DNA of 63,983 bases, taken from Phoronis australis (Eukaryota; Animalia; Phoronida). The notes under the pieces are model-generated. The model saw only the letters and a list, made by a program, of their open reading frames with translations, did not search any database and had not been told where the DNA came from. This document shows positions 1 to 11,545 of this stretch, one piece after another; within the stretch, counting starts at the first letter, position 1, and each line of letters begins with the position of its first letter. The position numbers and the translations under genes were made by a program. The stretch spans positions 357,974 through 421,956 of the forward strand of contig NMRA01000241.1 of NCBI GenBank assembly GCA_002633005.1, in the 5' to 3' direction.

Positions 1-69
1 CAACTTCTACTCGCCCAGCACCATTTTTACTCGCATTGGCGACTGGGCGAATGGCTAAGTATATCCCTG
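1..69. mobile_element. right end of a hAT-like MITE (truncated by window)
   Basis: Repeated actcgc / ggcga subterminal motifs ending in ...tatatCCCTG, a hAT-type terminus. Confidence 0.4.
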
Positions 70-2144
70 GGAAGGATACCGACGAGATATTACTGGAATT
101 GGTACGTTCAGGCACTGCACAGTACACCATGGCCAGCTGATGATCACTCACGAGGTTTTATCAGTGTGCCTCGTTTTCGATCAGTATTTAAAGATGGCGC
201 GGGAAGATGGCGCTTTCGTGAAATAGGTGAATACTAAGCCAACTCTAAGCAGACGACATCAACCTAATAAAATCGTTTAGTTACGAACAATCTTGTGAAT
301 AAAATGGATGGGAGGCACTGTATTTAATCACTCCTTTAGGAAATATGTAGAGAAGTAAGTTAATCGTTAATTGGAAATGAAAGGCAAGATTATCTGAGTT
401 CAAAAGTTACAGTCGTATCCCGATGTTTATCAGAGAGGGCAATGTATTTTCAAACATTACACAATCAAAAAGAATCCCCAAGAAGGGATGATAATGAGTG
501 CTTAGAAACAGTTTGATAAAGTGTCTGTTGAAAGTGTATGTTCGTAGAAAGAGAGTAAAGTTGCTTAAAATTAATTTTTAATTACCATATTGCAAGAAGT
601 TTCTGTGTTCCCTTGCACTTTGCATTGACAATTTGCTATTGTATTTCAGTTAAATCTGAAAACATTCATAAATGTGATTAAATAAATCAGTAGTGGTATT
701 ACAACACTGTCATTGTGTTTTGGCGAAATTCTCATTTAGAGCGCTAGGGTTCAACAACCAAGAAACAAAGTCATTGTTTGGTTCGCCATGACTGTTGAAT
801 AATCAATAGACCGATGCAGAAAATCCCCAGTCACAGCAAATAATACAAAATTAAAACAAATTGTCAACATTTCGTTTAGTTGTACGGTCGTGTAACAGAA
901 CGTTACGCATTTTTTCTCACGTCATCTGTATCGTTAGAGTTGGTAATTCTACTGATAAGCTTTCCATCTTAATGAAAGTACTTACTACATGCTTTCAGCC
1001 AATAGACTCGTTAACATTATAGACAAACTTACTATCTCTATCGATAGAGCCAAATTTGAAGAAAAAGTCTCATGACGTCCTTTCATAGCCATGCTTGCAT
1101 CATAGATTCTCTATTTGTTTTCCGTTCAAGCCCGAGCACTATAGCATTCTTGTTTGTCTCAAAGGCATATCTCAATCTGTGCCAAGAGCACACCGACGTA
1201 ATTCATAAATACGATCGTTTATGTTCTGAGCTCTACTCACGGCTAGTGGAGGAATTATATTTTGTTCTTTTAATCTGCCAATAGGTAGCACTACCAGACA
1301 TCAAGTCGCCGGGATATTTTTCTGAATTGTACTTCCCGGTGTGGCTTCGTGATCGACCATCATCGCTATCTTAAATCGGTTTTTCGATACTATAAATTAT
1401 TTCTGAAGAACTTTCACGACACCGTCACTGTTACCATCGCCACAGGTGACACACATAGCTGTTATCACGATTGCTTACTCCCTCCGTCACAGTGCCATCT
1501 GTGGGGGGAGAAGGCCTACTGAGTACCCGCCTATCCTTCAAATACACGCGGGCTGGAGTTTGGGCACCGAGTAAGGATTTTGCTACCGGGTATGAAGTGC
1601 TTTCGGAGTGTGTGTGGAGTTCATGGGATCGGGTCGTGCCTTTGTACCACGGGTTTGCCAGCCGTTTGCAAGTCCGGGACTGGGCTGTCGGGGCTAACTC
1701 TGGTTTTACTCAGTGAGAGGGGCTCGCGCCACCCTCGCATTTCACCCGGCCCCGGCAGTGAGTACAGGTCTACATTCGCTACCAGGGTTACTTCGTTTCA
1801 ACATTCTGTTGATGTGACTTTGTTCCCAATGTCCTTTCAATATTAATGCGTTAACAAGCTCCCTATCCGTCTTAAAGATTAGGCATTGCGAAGTCCTGCG
1901 GACCATGACAAGTAATGATCGTTGCAGGGACACAATCCGAGTTTTATGGCCGAAAAAGGTATTTTTGAATTTGTGTTCGACAATTTTTGGCGTTATTGTA
2001 ACCAGAGGTATAAAACAATAAAATCCGTTGCGATTTTGCAATTGTATTACTCGACATGACATATATTGGCTTTTACATCTATTAATAAAGTGTGGGACTG
2101 TGACCATTGAGGTAGCCGAGTTCGAATCCTTGATGGGGCATGTC

Positions 2145-2290
2145 TCCAATGCCCACCATTGTCGCTGATGATGTCACGGACAGGTGCTTGATGCTTCAGT
2201 AGCGGCCATTTTGGTGATGTGCTATCCGAAAGTGTATGTCGAATTTAGCATCTTTCCAACGTGTCACTGAGCTCCTTTTAAAATTTGCAC
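2145..2290 (+). repeat. dispersed repeat family A, copy 1
   Basis: gctgatRatgtcac..tgcttg..tagcggccattttgg..gctatc..gaatttagcatcttt..ttccaacgt..aaattt is shared with 6712-6860. Confidence 0.75.
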
Positions 2291-2309
2291 TGGGTTCAAC
2301 GGCTTCGTT

Positions 2310-2420
2310 TTAGCTCCACTAGCAAAGATGCTCCACTGCTGAGGTTGTGGGTTCGATTGCGGGTTGATTTCACTGAATGCACACCATTGTCCCTGATAAG
2401 GTCACTTAACACCTCCTTAA
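2310..2420 (+). mobile_element. tRNA-derived SINE remnant
   Basis: B-box-like ggttcgattgc (~2350) followed by gtccctgataaggtcacttaac, which resembles the GTCCTTGGGCAAG.CACTTAAC motif that follows the tRNA head in many SINEs. Confidence 0.5.
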
Positions 2421-4223
2421 TCTGAGCTGAGCTACACGGATGAACGTCCCCGCAGGCAGTCAACATATTCCTAGGAGACGGACTTTTACATGGCTAATCA
2501 GCAAATCATTATGATGGTGTCTGTGTCAATTACTGGTAGTATTAGCATCATCCTCGCTGGTTAGAAACAGCTCTAGCTAGATTACTGTGATTGTCAATAC
2601 AAGGCCGCTTTAAGTTCACTTTACATAGGCTCACGTGGTGTCGCGAGTGAAGTGTGTGAAAAGTTACTTGTGCCTGTCAGATTCCACCTTAACGTCAGGA
2701 ACACCAATGACAATGTCTTCTCCTATAGTTCGAGTCTGAGCTCTTGACTCGCCTGTGCAAGCACACGTCGGCATGTTCAGAAAAGCGTTTTCATTGCATT
2801 CAGCGGTCCGTGGTCGGCAATAATCCATCCGGGAGTTGAAACGTGTCCTCTGAGGCAGAATACACAGAATGTCTCGTGTTCGACTGTGAGCTAAAACTAA
2901 TGACTGGTCTGTCGAGACGTTTTCCTTTGAAGAGCCGTCGAATGACAGCCAGTGACTCTGGGGAAGTCTGACTTCGTTCGTGATCGGAGATTGTAGGATC
3001 AAATTGCTTTTCAACATTTCGTGTCGTTGAAGACTATTATTGTCGCATCATCTTATTCAACTTTGTATTATACTACTCAGGCAAACACACCGACCGCACC
3101 CATGGCACGAAAGTGGGTTGTTTTTTGCAGGCATGAACTGCGGGTTTGTATGACTCGAGACGTAGTATGAGGTTGTTAAGGCTCCGCACGCACGCTGCCC
3201 ACACTGGTAAACTTTTCGTTTGCAAAGTCGATCGAACTCAAATTTGATCGAGTTTGACGGAGAAAAGTTTGCCACTGTAAACGATTTGTTAAAGTTTGCT
3301 TGCAAAAGTTTGCCAGAGTCTGCAAGTGTAGACAGATTGCAAAACTTACCAAAACATCGGCAAACTCGGAGCTTGGTTGTGTTTGCTAACAAAAGTTTGG
3401 CAGAGTAAATGTCAGTGCAGACGGGACTTAAGAATCACACTGCATTAGTCTCTCACTTTACGTTATTGTTCATCGTATAACACTACTAGTGATTTGTTCG
3501 TCATTGTCACTTTAAAACCTCTTTTTCAATGTACAATATGCGTTACAACATGTCTGCAGATAACCAGCTTTGTTCAGTTCCCTCTATTATTTTTAAGCTA
3601 TATCCTCTAACATACTGGGATTGCTGGGTTGCTACAGAATCGAAATTTCTTCTCAGTTAGATTACTTTTGTTCTACAAGGATGCTGGTACTCTACATGAT
3701 TTTCACGTCACGGTAGTGGATTCTACTCGAGTTACACGAATGACAATACCGTCGATACGAATTAATCGTACTAACTTAAACGGCGTATTAATAAGAAAAA
3801 CGAAAAACAACAACAACGAGTTACCAAACTTTTCAGTAGATTACAAACTTCATCATTTTTACCCCAGTGCAAAGGCGTGGTTACACTCTCGTCGCTTCAG
3901 AGACAATGGCCGCGAAGATGGGAAAAATCTCAGTAACTCAGCTAACTGTGTCATCATGTGGTTACGTAGTCCACTAATTCCCAAAATAATCCGCCGCCAT
4001 TGCAAGGGATACGGTCGATTTTGAGGCAGAAAAACGTATTTTTGAGATGTTTGTATACAATTATTGACTTTTACCGAGACCAATGTGTTAGTTTCAAACC
4101 GCAAATGACGGAGGCGGAACAAAGGTTATTACCACGTTTGGTGTCTGGAAACCAACACCTTGACCACCTGATGATGATTGTGCCTTTGAAATTAGTCAAA
4201 AATTGTTTTATTAAATGATTACA

Positions 4224-4505
4224 AGGAAGGAGGCTATCTTCGGGCTTTCGTTCGTATGTCAGTTACCAATTGTTACCAAAAACGGCTTGTAAAGTGATTT
4301 TGAGAAACACCCAAAAGATGCTCAGAATGGAAAAAGGAACAACTTTATATTTTGGGAAAGACGCTATGTGTTGATGTCGTACAACGATCGTTTTTAATGC
4401 AGAACAATCCTCACGCGTCATTTCGCTATACAAATGCGACTGTAACCTCAGCGTGTACGCGTTCAATTCCGCGCAAATGACGTGTATTGAAATTCAGTGA
4501 TCATT
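4224..4505 (+). repeat. dispersed repeat family B, copy 1 (probable non-autonomous DNA transposon end)
   Basis: ggaaggaggctat..tcgtatgtc..gctcagaatgga..tcgtttttaatgca..cgcgcaaatgacgtg is shared with 17837-18145. Confidence 0.8.
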
Positions 4506-4846
4506 TGAGACTAACCGTGACACTGCGCAAACTGACACGGCACAAGATGATCGGTGTCAAGCGGGCGTTTACTCACACAGCTTAGAAACGGTGGCAAGGC
4601 GGAAGTCGTAAACAGAAATGTGGAGTGCGCATCTTCAAGATTACAAGTGACTGAGTTGTAGTTTATGTTGAGAAAGAGAAAATTATGCAACTTTTTGCAT
4701 ATTATTATATTTACTCGCTCGCTCAGTCGCCTATCTACTACTAAAAAGAACCTGGACGAGTAGAAGTTCAATGTGTAATCTACCAGGTGGCGAGGGTATT
4801 TTCAAAGCAATTAGGCACGCTGCCGTTCGTCTGAACTGGAATTCAG

Positions 4847-5133
4847 GGCTGTGTTTCATGAAAAGTGACTTAAGACAAAAATATGATCTTACGCTTCAAC
4901 TTCCCAATTGGTGAATAAGTTTTAGCCAAGTAATTATGTGCTCATCATAGTCTACACTAAGTAACTTAAAGAAAAAATTACTAGCTGTTATGTGTATATT
5001 CTCAGAGTCTTTGCACTTTTGCTCAAGTGAGTTTTAGTTATTTTTCAGAAATAATTGTGTGGAGTGTAAGACCAAATTTCTGCCTAAGCCTTTTAAGGCT
5101 TAGGCAGAAATCGCTTTTCATGAAACAAGCCCC
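4847..5133. mobile_element. PIF/Harbinger-like MITE
   Basis: TIRs ggctgtgtttcatgaaaag / cttttcatgaaacaagcccc; 3-bp CAG on both flanks (4844-4846, 5134-5136). Confidence 0.7.
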
Positions 5134-6711
5134 CAGAAAAATGTCTGCTCATTGTAGGTATCAAGAAGACGAAATCATTGGTTATCAATTCTTTGACCCA
5201 ATAACAATGAAACGGTAGACATTCTGTACTCTCTGCGTGTTGCAAACGTTTTTCCCGGTGTTACTCATGTTTGTCTCATGATTGCAATATGTTCAATAAA
5301 ATAACTGCTACGAATCTACAACGACTCAGCGAGTTCTGCACGCCTATAGCGACAACGTGAGTAGAGAGTGCGCTACTTCTTACAACCAAGTCACTAAAAC
5401 TAGATCCAAGATTATCTCCTTAGATTGCGTCCGCCCTCAGTCGCTATGTGGATCCAGACACCTCGAAAGGTTTTAGCATTTCAGTCAGTGTGAGATGGGT
5501 ACGATCACGGTCATGCGTTGCACCGGGGAATCTCGGCGTCCGGAAAACGCATTTCATGGCAGGTTTGTAATTTTCACTTTTATAAGACTAACTGAATATG
5601 GCGACCTATACCATATAAACAAACAATTTTAATCCAGGTTTAGCTGGAAGTTTATCGGCTGTGCCAACGCGAAACTGCACTGGAAAAGCACGCTACACTT
5701 AATTCAAAAGTTGGTGACCTAACTTTGGGCTGGGGCTTGGTTTTCCGATTCTGTCATCCAGCTGGCGTGCGGGCTTTTGAAGCGTAAATCTAAGAAAAAA
5801 TACGCGTGAATCGGAAACGTTTGAACTTAACAGATCAAGGCTCTAAGAAAGCCAAGCGTAATTATGGCGCTAATATGGACACCCGTATTTCGCAGGCGCT
5901 TATAACATTATCACATCCGCCTTGTCCCAGTTTCGCGTTTAGACGTTGTTGACGTGGCGCGAGATGATCTCCCGCAAATTCCTCTACCTCAAAACCTTGT
6001 GACCAAAGTTGTCACCGTGGTGTCAATTTGTTCCGTGTCAAATTTTGTACTATAGCGTGATGGATGTGACAACGATGACTTGATGCAGGTTTGCATTCAT
6101 CTGGTGATTTATAATCAGAATCTACTGTTATTTAAAATCAAATGTGACATCAGAATCTGAATGTCATAAATAGGTTTGAATATTCGAGTTAAGTGACCAG
6201 ATATACTGGTGGCGCAGTTGTAAAGTAATGGAACAATCAGATCCCGGGATTGAATCACGATGAGATCTGTATTACTAAGCATTTTTTAAAATTAAGTAAT
6301 GAAAGCGACGTTACCATAGCAGCGGTCAACTTGAAGGTTTGAGCAGTCAATGTGGAATGGAGAATTTTTTACTTCGAAGTTCATACTACTGTTTTCAAAT
6401 CTTTATTATAAAATAATTGCAGGTGGTCTGAGACACGTTGCATTAGACGTCCAGCTAGTAATGTTGGGTAGCATAGACTTCTTGAAGTTGTTAGTTTTAA
6501 CCGCAGGCATAAAACAAAGAAAATATGTTGTGTTTTGAGGTTTTTTTAGAAATTCCAGATTCCCGAAGTTCGCTTTCAGCCATTCGGTGGAATTAAATGA
6601 AATCGAGGCCGGTCACGTTATGAATTAAATAGGCTCAAAATGCTGGACTATTTGTTACATTGTCTTTTAGCTCTACCAGGTGCTAGCGTTGAGGACGTGA
6701 GTTTGTTGGGG

Positions 6712-6860
6712 TAGGTCTCAATAATGCTGATAATGTCACTTGACAATGCTTGCTGCATAGCGGCCATTTTGGATATTGGCTATCATGGTGCGTCTTGAAT
6801 TTAGCATCTTTACGTGCTCTGCATTTTCCAACGTTTCTGTTCCTTTTGAAATTTGACACA
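6712..6860 (+). repeat. dispersed repeat family A, copy 2
   Basis: Diverged copy of 2145-2290. Confidence 0.75.
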
Positions 6861-8360
6861 TTGTGTAGTGCTTGGTTAACCTGTATCTCATAACTGATTT
6901 CAATGTACTGAATGCACTTGGTCGTTTATGACACCTGAATGACTAATGAGCGATCTGAGTATTTTTTCAGTACATGGCGGCCCATTCTAATCCATCAAAT
7001 TATTAATAAGTCTTAAATGTGAGAGATCAAAAGACTCAGTTGGGCATATCAAATCTCACTATGAAAAGATAAAAATGTCATTTATCACAATATTTTGAAC
7101 ACGTTTGCAAACTCAATCGGTCACCATATGTGGAAATCTTCACGAGAATGATTAGCGTTGGAGAATATTTTCAGCTATCTTGATAGGGTATGGTTCCTAA
7201 AAGTGAAGGTTTAGCGTGCATGGATGTGTGGCCTCTAGATTCACCTTTTTACACCCGTGGGACAATTTAGGCCAAGTGTCTTTGTACTGATGGGAGAAGT
7301 AATTGTTCAAAACATGTCTGATTTCAGTACATGTTCACTCATTTACATGCACGCGCTCTTACAAACTTTATTATACAATCCCAACACATAGGATATTGAC
7401 AAGGGTGAATGGACTGTAATTTCATTTCCCTGAAATCAAGATATATGGCCAGTGTGATTGCCGGAGGCTTTTCTCTTGATTTAACTGCTGATAAAGTGTT
7501 ATTTAGCTTATTAGTTGGGATATAGTTGGGTGTAATGATTCACTTACTTGATAATTTTGTCATTGATTTGTTGTTTTCATGAATATTGCCAGTCTTAAAA
7601 GTTTTGTTTGTCCTTGGATGTGCTTTCAATTGACCTATTCGGCCATTGAATTTACAGTAATGAAATTACGATAACAGAAAGTACCCGCATCTGTGTTCAC
7701 AATTCAGTCACGAAGCAATTCCTTCTCATGGGATTTTTGGGTTTTGGCAAATAGAGAGCTACACTCGCATTGACAAATGGAAATAGAGAAGCAAATCGAT
7801 TATTTAAGAGAAATGGTCAGACTCACGTTTGGACAACTGTATCGTCCATCGATCTAAATTAATCGAAAAACATCCTTCAGAGATGATAATTTTTAGCCAT
7901 CTGCCTTTAAAGATCACTGTTAATTCTCTAAAATCTGTCAATGAATTTATCTACGGATATCAATTTCAGAGCAATTTCACAAAGTGACTAGTAATCCTTT
8001 CTTTTCATAATAACTGAGTCATGGCTTGAACTTCCGAATGTCTGTCATCAAACCGTCGCATAGTTTCTAGAAACGAGGTGGGTTATATCGAATGGGGACG
8101 ATTGGCGCACCTCATCGGTACCTCCTACTGCTATCGTCACTATGACTGACACTATGACTTCACTGTGTTTTTGTTTGTTGATATCATTTTATAGTTCTAC
8201 TAATTGACATTGTTACCCGTAAGACACAACATTGCTATCACATGACTAGTATATTACTATAACCATTAGTCAACTACAAGACTTGTAGTACTGTAACTAA
8301 TATTTGTGTTTTCCTTGGATTATATTACGTGTTTTTTCAACTTGTACAGATATCCACGAG

Positions 8361-10069
8361 GTTCGTTTCTTTTCAGTTCATTTATTAATAATCTCGACTA
8401 TATGATATTTTAGGTTTAGCATGTAGAGACATAACCACAAACCCCGCGGAAGACTGTTATTGTTTTGTTAGTGCTATATCTCCCACTGTGTGAACAACCG
8501 TGGCCACGTTGGTCCTTTGTGTTGCAATTGTTTTTGTTGTTGTTCATGTATTCACTTACATCATAATTATGTGAGCAAGACGTTTCCTGTGACCTCTAAA
8601 GAAGACCATGTTACAAAACAGGAGATGCGAAACTTAACATTTCTTGTGAACAAAAATTTTAACAGATCAAGGCGCTACACAATTGATTTTGATATTGATA
8701 TCAATTGTGATAACACCGTCAAAAAGATGTGGTTGTGTAGAGTATTATCAGTAACTGTGGTTAGCTGGAACCCCAGTTATTCACCACGGACACACACGCA
8801 CATTATTCGTACATAGCTCCTGACCGCACCAATATCGACGATATAGTAGGTCCAACGTGAAGTGTCGGTTACAAAAAAGATAGACCCACAGGCAAACACA
8901 CAGGCGGACGTACGGATGAATAGTGAACGGGTTTTATATCTTTATGACTCCTGTTTTAGAATTTTTCTTTTGGGAGTTTTTTCATTCAGTAGTTTTAAAG
9001 TTTCCTGGAAGCATATTGAGCATGCAACAGAACTAATGAATTTTACATAAGATGCAAAGGAGTTGGTATCGGTACGAAATGAACATTCGTAATGTTTTAG
9101 TAGTCAAGGTCTTAGTAATCAATGTCTTAGTAGTCAATGTCTTAGTAGTCAGTGTCTTAGTGGTCAGTGTCTTAGTGGTCAGTGTCTGAGTGGTCAGTGT
9201 CTTAGTGGTCAGTGTCTTAGTNGTTCGTTTCTTTTCAGTTCATTTATTAATAATCTCGACTATATGATATTTTAGGTTTAGCATGTAGAGACATAACCAC
9301 AAACCCCGCGGAAGACTGTTATTGTTTTGTTAGGGCTATATCTCCCACTGTGTGAACAACCGTGGCCACGTTGGTCCTTTGTGTTGCAATTGTTTTTGTT
9401 GTTGTTCATGTATTCACTTACATCATAATTATGTGAGCAAGACGTTTCCTGTGACCTCTAAAGAAGACCATGTTACAAAACAGGAGATGCGAAAGTTAAC
9501 ATTTCTTGTGAACAAAAATTTTAACAGATCAAGGCGCTTCACAATTGGTTTTGATATTGATAACAATTGTGATAACACCGTCAAAAAGATGTGGTTGTGT
9601 AGAGTATTATCAATAACTGTGGTTAGCTGGAACCCCAGTTATTCACCACGGACACACACGCACATTATTCGTACATAGCTCCTGACCGCACCAATATCGA
9701 CGATGTAGTAGGTCCAACGTGAAGTGTCGGTTACAAAAAAGATAGACCCACAGGCAAACACACAGGCGGACGTACGGATGAATAGTGAACGGGTTTTATA
9801 TCTTTATGACTCCTGTTTTAGAATTTTTCTTTTGGGAGTTTTTTAATTCAGTAGTTTTAAAGTTTCCTGGAAGCATTTTGAGCATGCAACAGAACTAATA
9901 AATTTTACATAAGATGCAAAGGAGTTGGTATCGGTACGAAATGAACATTCGTAATGTTTTAGTAGTCAAGGTCTTAGTAATCAATGTCTTAGTAGTCAAT
10001 GTTTTAGTAGTCAGTGTCTTAGTAATCAATGTCTTAGTAGTCAGCGTCTTAGTAGTCAGTGTCTTAGTA
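8361..10069. repeat. near-identical ~860 bp tandem duplication across an N (8361-9221 / 9223-10069)
   Basis: Same sequence with scattered SNPs; the junction is the single N at 9222. Confidence 0.95.
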
Positions 10070-11545
10070 GCAGGGCTTGGAATGACCCATGACAAAAAAG
10101 AGGAAAATTTTACGGCCCTAAATACACATTTCAATCTAAACCATACCTCAACAGATCGAAAGTTACTGAGTCGTGCTGGCAAAACGCACTCATCTTAAGC
10201 AGTACCTGACATCTATTTCAGCAGCAACAATGAAGGCAATTAGACGCAACAAAAAATATTTTTTTAAAATTAAAATAACGATAATGATGAAAAATTTGCT
10301 GTCTTAGTGGCAGGAGCTTATTCTTCAGTGATTTGTTGCACTGAGGGAGACCAATAAAATTATTTTCAATTCTTATAATTACGATACAAAATTACACAAA
10401 AAATGAAAGTCGATCCACAGATTATCTAGAAAGCCTGAAATACATACACATTTAATTCCAACAAAAATTTTAATTCCAATGCAAATGAAAAAAATTCAAG
10501 AAGAAAACCTGTGGCTCATAGCCCAGCATGGAAAAATGAAAGTCAAAAACAACAAAGTTTATAGAATACATCAATCACAATCCTAAGTTGGCCAAACAGT
10601 AATTACAGGAGTTAATTGTTCATAAGCCACGCTGGTGGAGAAGAACCTATGTGACATAAGAAATACGTATCAATCAGCGAGGACACTGAAAATAGTCTGG
10701 CAGAACTTGTATACAATGGCTTAGACCAATCAGATCATTCAGAATCTGTCACGTGATCACTTCTCTAAAACTGTAAAACTCGAGTCACAAAATAGAACAC
10801 GAAAAATGTCAAAATAAATTGAAATACTTAAAAGGCAATTTAAAAGCATTTGCAGTAACGAAAATAGCACTTTGTATGCCGTTTCGGTAGCACGTAGAAA
10901 ATCGCACTCAAGCGGTCTGGCCTAGGCTTAGGCTTAGGGGCTTAGCAGCCAACGGCAATGGGCCGCGTAATTGTTCCTCTCTTAAAGTTTACAAAACGCA
11001 AACCTTGACTTATGTTGTTTGTGAAGACATTGACCGTTTTTTTCTTTATCCACTTTTCCACGAAATATTCTGTCTACTCCACGCTCCACGCATTTTTGAC
11101 CGCAGAATCGCACTATTTGTCGCCGCGATTTTATACCAAATGCAGACGCCATTGATGAGCGAAGCTATCCCTGAGGCACAGGCGCTTGAATTTATCTGTT
11201 CCTCGATTGCCTCTGACGTCACTCACTTCTACGAAAGCATGTTTCTTGTATATGGTTACGAGTTGTCGCGAAATTCAATCGCCTGTGATCCACAATTACA
11301 ATTTTCGTTCCTCCGAAACATAAAGAGCAGTTTCCGCTTTTTGAGCCGTCGGCAACGCCGCGGTGAGAAACCAATTTGCCGCGATGTTTTATGGCAAATC
11401 CCGATTTTTTCCGCGGAAGTATAACGAAAATACGCAGAGGGAATAAAAAAGCGGAAAATTCCAAGCCTTGTAGTAGTCAGTGTCTTAGTAGTCAATGTCT
11501 TAGTAGTCAATGTCTTAGTAGTCAATGTTTTAGTTGTCAATGTTC
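9090..11545. repeat. 15-bp minisatellite (GTCTTAGTAGTCART)n in blocks 9090-9221, 9953-10070 and 11471-11545
   Basis: Directly visible; produces the spurious TTKTL / VLVVS repeat ORFs. Confidence 0.95.
10071..11470. mobile_element. 1.4 kb non-autonomous hAT-like DNA transposon inserted in the minisatellite
   Basis: TIRs CAGGGCTTGGAAT / ATTCCAAGCCTTG (1 mismatch); TAGTAG on both flanks; the minisatellite resumes after the element. Confidence 0.8.

Noticed and set aside
2110-2135. Isolated B-box gagttcgaatcc (also minus strand ~26926-26945, and 6208-6260) as tRNA genes
   Set aside because: No cloverleaf can be drawn; at most SINE debris.
8490-9678. Twin 108-aa Cys-rich ORFs
   Set aside because: GTG starts, no domain, and they lie in the probable artefactual duplication.
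10921-10946. TTAGGC telomere-like repeats
   Set aside because: Only 2-3 units, inside a transposon.
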